This document shows positions 60,109 to 64,000 of a stretch of 64,000 nt of DNA, piece by piece. Source of the stretch: Klebsormidium nitens. Taxonomy: Eukaryota > Plantae > Klebsormidiophyceae. The DNA is taken from positions 1-64,000 of the forward strand of contig DF237316.1 in NCBI GenBank assembly GCA_000708835.1. The letters are read 5' to 3'. The notes beneath the pieces were generated by a model. That model was not told the origin of the DNA. It worked only from the letters and a program-made list of their open reading frames with translations, and searched no databases. How positions within the stretch are numbered: the stretch's first letter is position 1; each line of letters begins with the position of its first letter. The translations under genes were made by a program, and so were the position numbers.

Positions 60109-61618
60109 ATGGTTCGCAATGGGGTTGCGGGCATCTCCCAACTGAGTGGCGTGCTTTTTGGGGTTTTGATTGGTGCACCTGCAGTGTTCCTTTACACGCA
60201 CATTCATCTAGCGGTCACAGGCCAATCTTTGGCCGTTGTTGGAGCTAATGGGATGGTATTATCTCACTGGAGGGGGGCTTGGAGGAGGGCTTTGAACAGG
60301 TCATCTCTATGTCCTGAAGGTGAGTGACATTCTCAAAGTAGGACGCTTGCATTAGCAGACTCAAGAATGTCCCCACTTCCAGTATAGTTAGGATCTTGAA
60401 GGGGATGCTGCTCCGGTTTGTAGTCGTGCTTGACTGCTTGCTGTAGTGTGCTCAGTTGGGCTTGCCTTGGGAGGAATCCAATTCGGTGTTCTTAAAGAGG
60501 GCGTCAGATTTCGAAGCGCACTAGTAACATCTGAGTCCTTAGGGGACTCCCTCATCGGACGGACTAAATTGCATCTTGGAATTTGTCCCGAGCAACCAAT
60601 ATGCCTGGTTCCGCGGCACATGGTCGCCGAGGCGTGACGGGTCACGGGACGCCCCCTTTAAAATTTCCTACTCATCAAAGATTTTGAATGTCAAGTTCAC
60701 GTCTTTTCATTGTCTAACATTGCAGAAGCTGGCAAGCGTGCAAGTGATACACTCGAGGCTGTTGCTTTGAGGTACCACTTGGCCATTATAGGGACTCCAC
60801 ATCGCAAGCACCTTTCCCGCTTTCTTCTTGAGACGATCCTCTCTGTCCACGCAAAAGAAGCACGGCCCACAACACTTTCGCTTGCTTGGGATGCGCATAA
60901 TGGGAGCAAGCTTCCTAGCTATATAAAGAACCTGAGCCCGCAAGTCCATGTTCATAGCCTAGAAGCTGAAATCCCGGACCCTCCTTCTAACAGACCCGGA
61001 ATTTCAAATGTTTACTCTGCGCTCCTCATCCCTGAGGAGGTTGGTATGCCAACATTGCCTTCGCTAATGATAGAGGGGGATATTATGCTCGTGGACGACT
61101 TCCACCTGTACCTTTCAAAAGTAGTGCAACTTGTCGAGTCAAAAATGGGTGGATTGGCCCACAGGAAGTACATGGTGACCTTGTATACTCCCATTGATTG
61201 GAGACGCATTGGACCCCTTCAACAAGTCTTGCAGGTTCGTCAAGGTCTTCGAATTAATGAATCAAGTTCGGCAAACATGTCAACCGTTGAGGGTCTTTCA
61301 GTAAACGATTGTTTCCCAGATAACTGGGATTATGGGACGCAAGGCGTCTTGGTTTCAGCTCAGGTTCGGAGTCCATTACGCGAGTTTTTAAAACCATACG
61401 CTTTGGGTGAACAAAAAACAGACTTGGGTATTGACCTGCTTTTCCATGAGTTTCTTCACAAGAACAACGATAGTGTCCTTTGTTTTAGTACGTCACCGTC
61501 CCTTGTAGAGCATATGGGCGTGTTGTCTGCCCTATTTGGAGAAAACCAACGTTTTCACATGAGCAAAGATTTCCCAAGAGAAGTGTCTCTACAGACCGAT
61601 GAAGCTGGGGATGTCTAG
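60109..61618 (+). CDS. Type II membrane protein, putative glycosyltransferase-like; exons 60109-60319, 60726-61618
   Basis: N-terminal TM segment (VLFGVLIGAPAVFLY); phase-1 GT-AG intron keeps the frame; LMIEGDIMLVDDF, WDYGTQGVL, IDLL and SPSLVEHMG resemble GT-A fold motifs. Confidence 0.6.
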
Positions 61619-64000
61619 AGATCCAATAGACGTAGAGCAGACTCTTCTTCAATCAAGCAGAATTCGCCTCGGAGTCGGTTTTCTCATTATTAGTCTTTCA
61701 TGGTGAGCGTGATCGAGGGCTTCTTTGAGCATGTTGCCGCTCCCATGATTGCATAATTCACCCTCGTCATTCAGTCAAGGTGCCAATATGGTCACTATTT
61801 TAATCTTGGTCCAAGTTACAGATGCCTTTATGTCTTGCTACCTAGTAGCAGATGACTATGTTGCCGAGCAGCGCTTACAATTTAAGCATATGGCTGCTGA
61901 GAAAGCTCCGCTCACCATCTTACGAGCTACCGCGTTCCGACGTAATTGTCGTGACCGTCATGTTTGATGAGGGTACTCGAGCCGGTTTTAAGACTCGGAA
62001 GTACCATCAGACAATTTGTCTCATGGGCCACCACGACTGATCGATGCAATGCAATGCACTGGCACCAACGATGTGTATGCGGCGTTTTAAAAGAAATCTG
62101 CTGCTTGACATATATATAATCAATTAACATAGCTAATTAACACGTATACTGTCCGACACAGTAAGGATCCATCTCTACTTCCACTCGGCAGGCTGCTCGC
62201 AAATCTGAAGAGTTGTATTACGTCAGCAATCCAGCTTTCCGTTCACCTCAGTTGTTCACCCCCTTCCACGAAGACCGAGCACAATCAACACATTATAATT
62301 CGTTGATAAAGCAGACTAAAATCAATTTTGACAAGTGATCGAGTTGCAATCCTTCACGTACATAATCGATACTTTCGGAACGAGGGGCATGATAACAGAC
62401 TCTATATGGACTCGCGCACCGTTGATGAACATGTATAAGATCGGACCGCGTCGTTGCAGCATGTGCATTTGTTGTACTCGCCGCCAGGCGGCACCAGTGA
62501 TCAGTGCTCTTAACGATTTGTGCACCCTGAAGCCCGCTTTGGCGTCACACTGGCCGGTGTTGAACTTTAGGTTCATTCTTGTACAACTGTCACTATTGCG
62601 CGGCCTTATGCAAGCAATTGTGTGGCCCTTGACGTGTCATTATTACGAGAAGGTCGATACCGCTACGATGTGAAAATCGCATTCACCTGCTGGGTGTAAA
62701 GTCAAGTCTTGCCGTGCATCAGCGGTATCGACGTGCCTTGACAAGAAACATCAGACCTGCAGTTAGTAAGGACGACCCTCTCAAAATGCATGATCTTTAC
62801 ATAAGCTCCTCCGTTCCTATGTGACAGAAAAAGAGGCGATCACCTGTTTAGCGTGCGGACTGTAGAGGATAGACTGTCTTATTGCTTCCGACCTGAGACC
62901 TCTCTGAGACAACGAACTTTTTGACCAAGTTGTTCTAGACGTTGCTCGAACCCTTTCTACGAAGAATGATCTAGACGGTGCTCGAATCGTCACCGAGTCT
63001 TACAGTAGGTCTCAACCGTCCGATGAAAGGTCGTCTTCCGAATGCTCCGACGCTGTCGCCCAAGCCGGCCTCGCTTTTGGCAAAGACGGCCGGGTGCCCA
63101 ACCGGGGCCCATGCTTGGCCTGCGCCTTGAACATCTGCAGCCGCTTCTCGGGGTCTGCAACCAAACGGAAAGAAGCGCTCCACAAGTTAAAAATCCGTCA
63201 CATGCAATGAAAGAAAGGCCACGAAGGAAAAAACGAGGGGGCTCAAGAGAGCGCCAGCCCCCTCGTAAAGGTAGAAAGGTTTGGGGCTAAAAGCTGGCTT
63301 CTCGAATCTGCAAAGAGTCCATCCCGAAGAAGAACTGGACTTCTAACGAATTCTAAGTCGCCAATTGCGGACGAGAGCCGTCGGATAGGACTTCAAAATG
63401 CATCGTAGCGGAGTTTTGAGTGGAGCCGTCAGATAGTTGATTCCGAGAAGGGACTGGCTCATATTGTTTGATAAGCAAGTACTCGGAGTAGCAAAATCGG
63501 CCAAGCATAAGCAAACCTGCATATCGCCTCAACTCTCAACGACTCAACACATGTCGGGGCAAAGAAGCCCGCTAAGACTTTGTAAAGCAGGGGTTCTCGC
63601 AAGAGTAGCTGCTTGGCTTTCTTGGACAAGCGGAAAGAACTGGGGTGAAGCCTCCAGATTGCAAGTGCTCTTTTCGGGAATCTCGCGCTTAGGAGTCGAG
63701 ATGGAGTCAAGATTACGTTTCCTTACCTTGCAAAGTCTTCTGGCGGCGTTCCAACTGACCGTTCCGCAGAAGACGGTCACGTGACCTCAGCGCGGCAGCC
63801 GCGGTGCCCTCGTCTTTGAAACCCCTGCACATACACGGACTTTGACGTCGGTTCAGTGGTAAGAGCGAGAGATCAACGATCTGTGAGTACGCCGAGGACG
63901 GTGTGAAGGCAGCAAATGACCGATGAATCTTCGTGTCGGGCGTGACATGACTTCAGACGAGAGGTAAGAATGATTCTGTCAGGAAGCGCGGATGCAAACG

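Noticed and set aside
61749-63784. Short ORFs at the window end
   Set aside because: No consistent exon chain or motif could be built; they may belong to a gene extending beyond the window.

Overview
Eukaryotic genomic DNA with GT-AG spliceosomal introns. The plant-type genes and intron style suggest a streptophyte green alga such as Klebsormidium (inference). The left 24 kb holds three ordinary host genes: an SMP+C2 NTMC2T5/tricalbin-like gene (-), a plastid ATP/ADP transporter (+), and a SAM methyltransferase (-) with a pair of mutually exclusive-type exons. A 538-bp MITE with an 8-bp TSD also lies here. The main observation is a ~34.7-kb segment (24019-58705) bounded by ~50-bp imperfect terminal inverted repeats and flanked on both sides by TGCGCG, a candidate 6-bp TSD. 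Its left end encodes a KDZ (Kyakuja-Dileera-Zisupton) transposase, itself interrupted by a CACTA-ended insertion. Inside are: a decaying virus-like module (prim-pol/D5 helicase, small Cys ORF, tyrosine recombinase); a second, intron-containing primase-helicase gene whose 5' end is an array of repeated exon-intron units present in three copies; an apparently intact winged-helix/DEDDy exonuclease/AAA fusion gene; and a helical-bundle-WD40 gene. This reads as a giant cargo-carrying KDZ transposon with virus-derived genes. A type II membrane glycosyltransferase-like host gene follows on the right. All domain calls come from motif recognition by eye; no searches were run.
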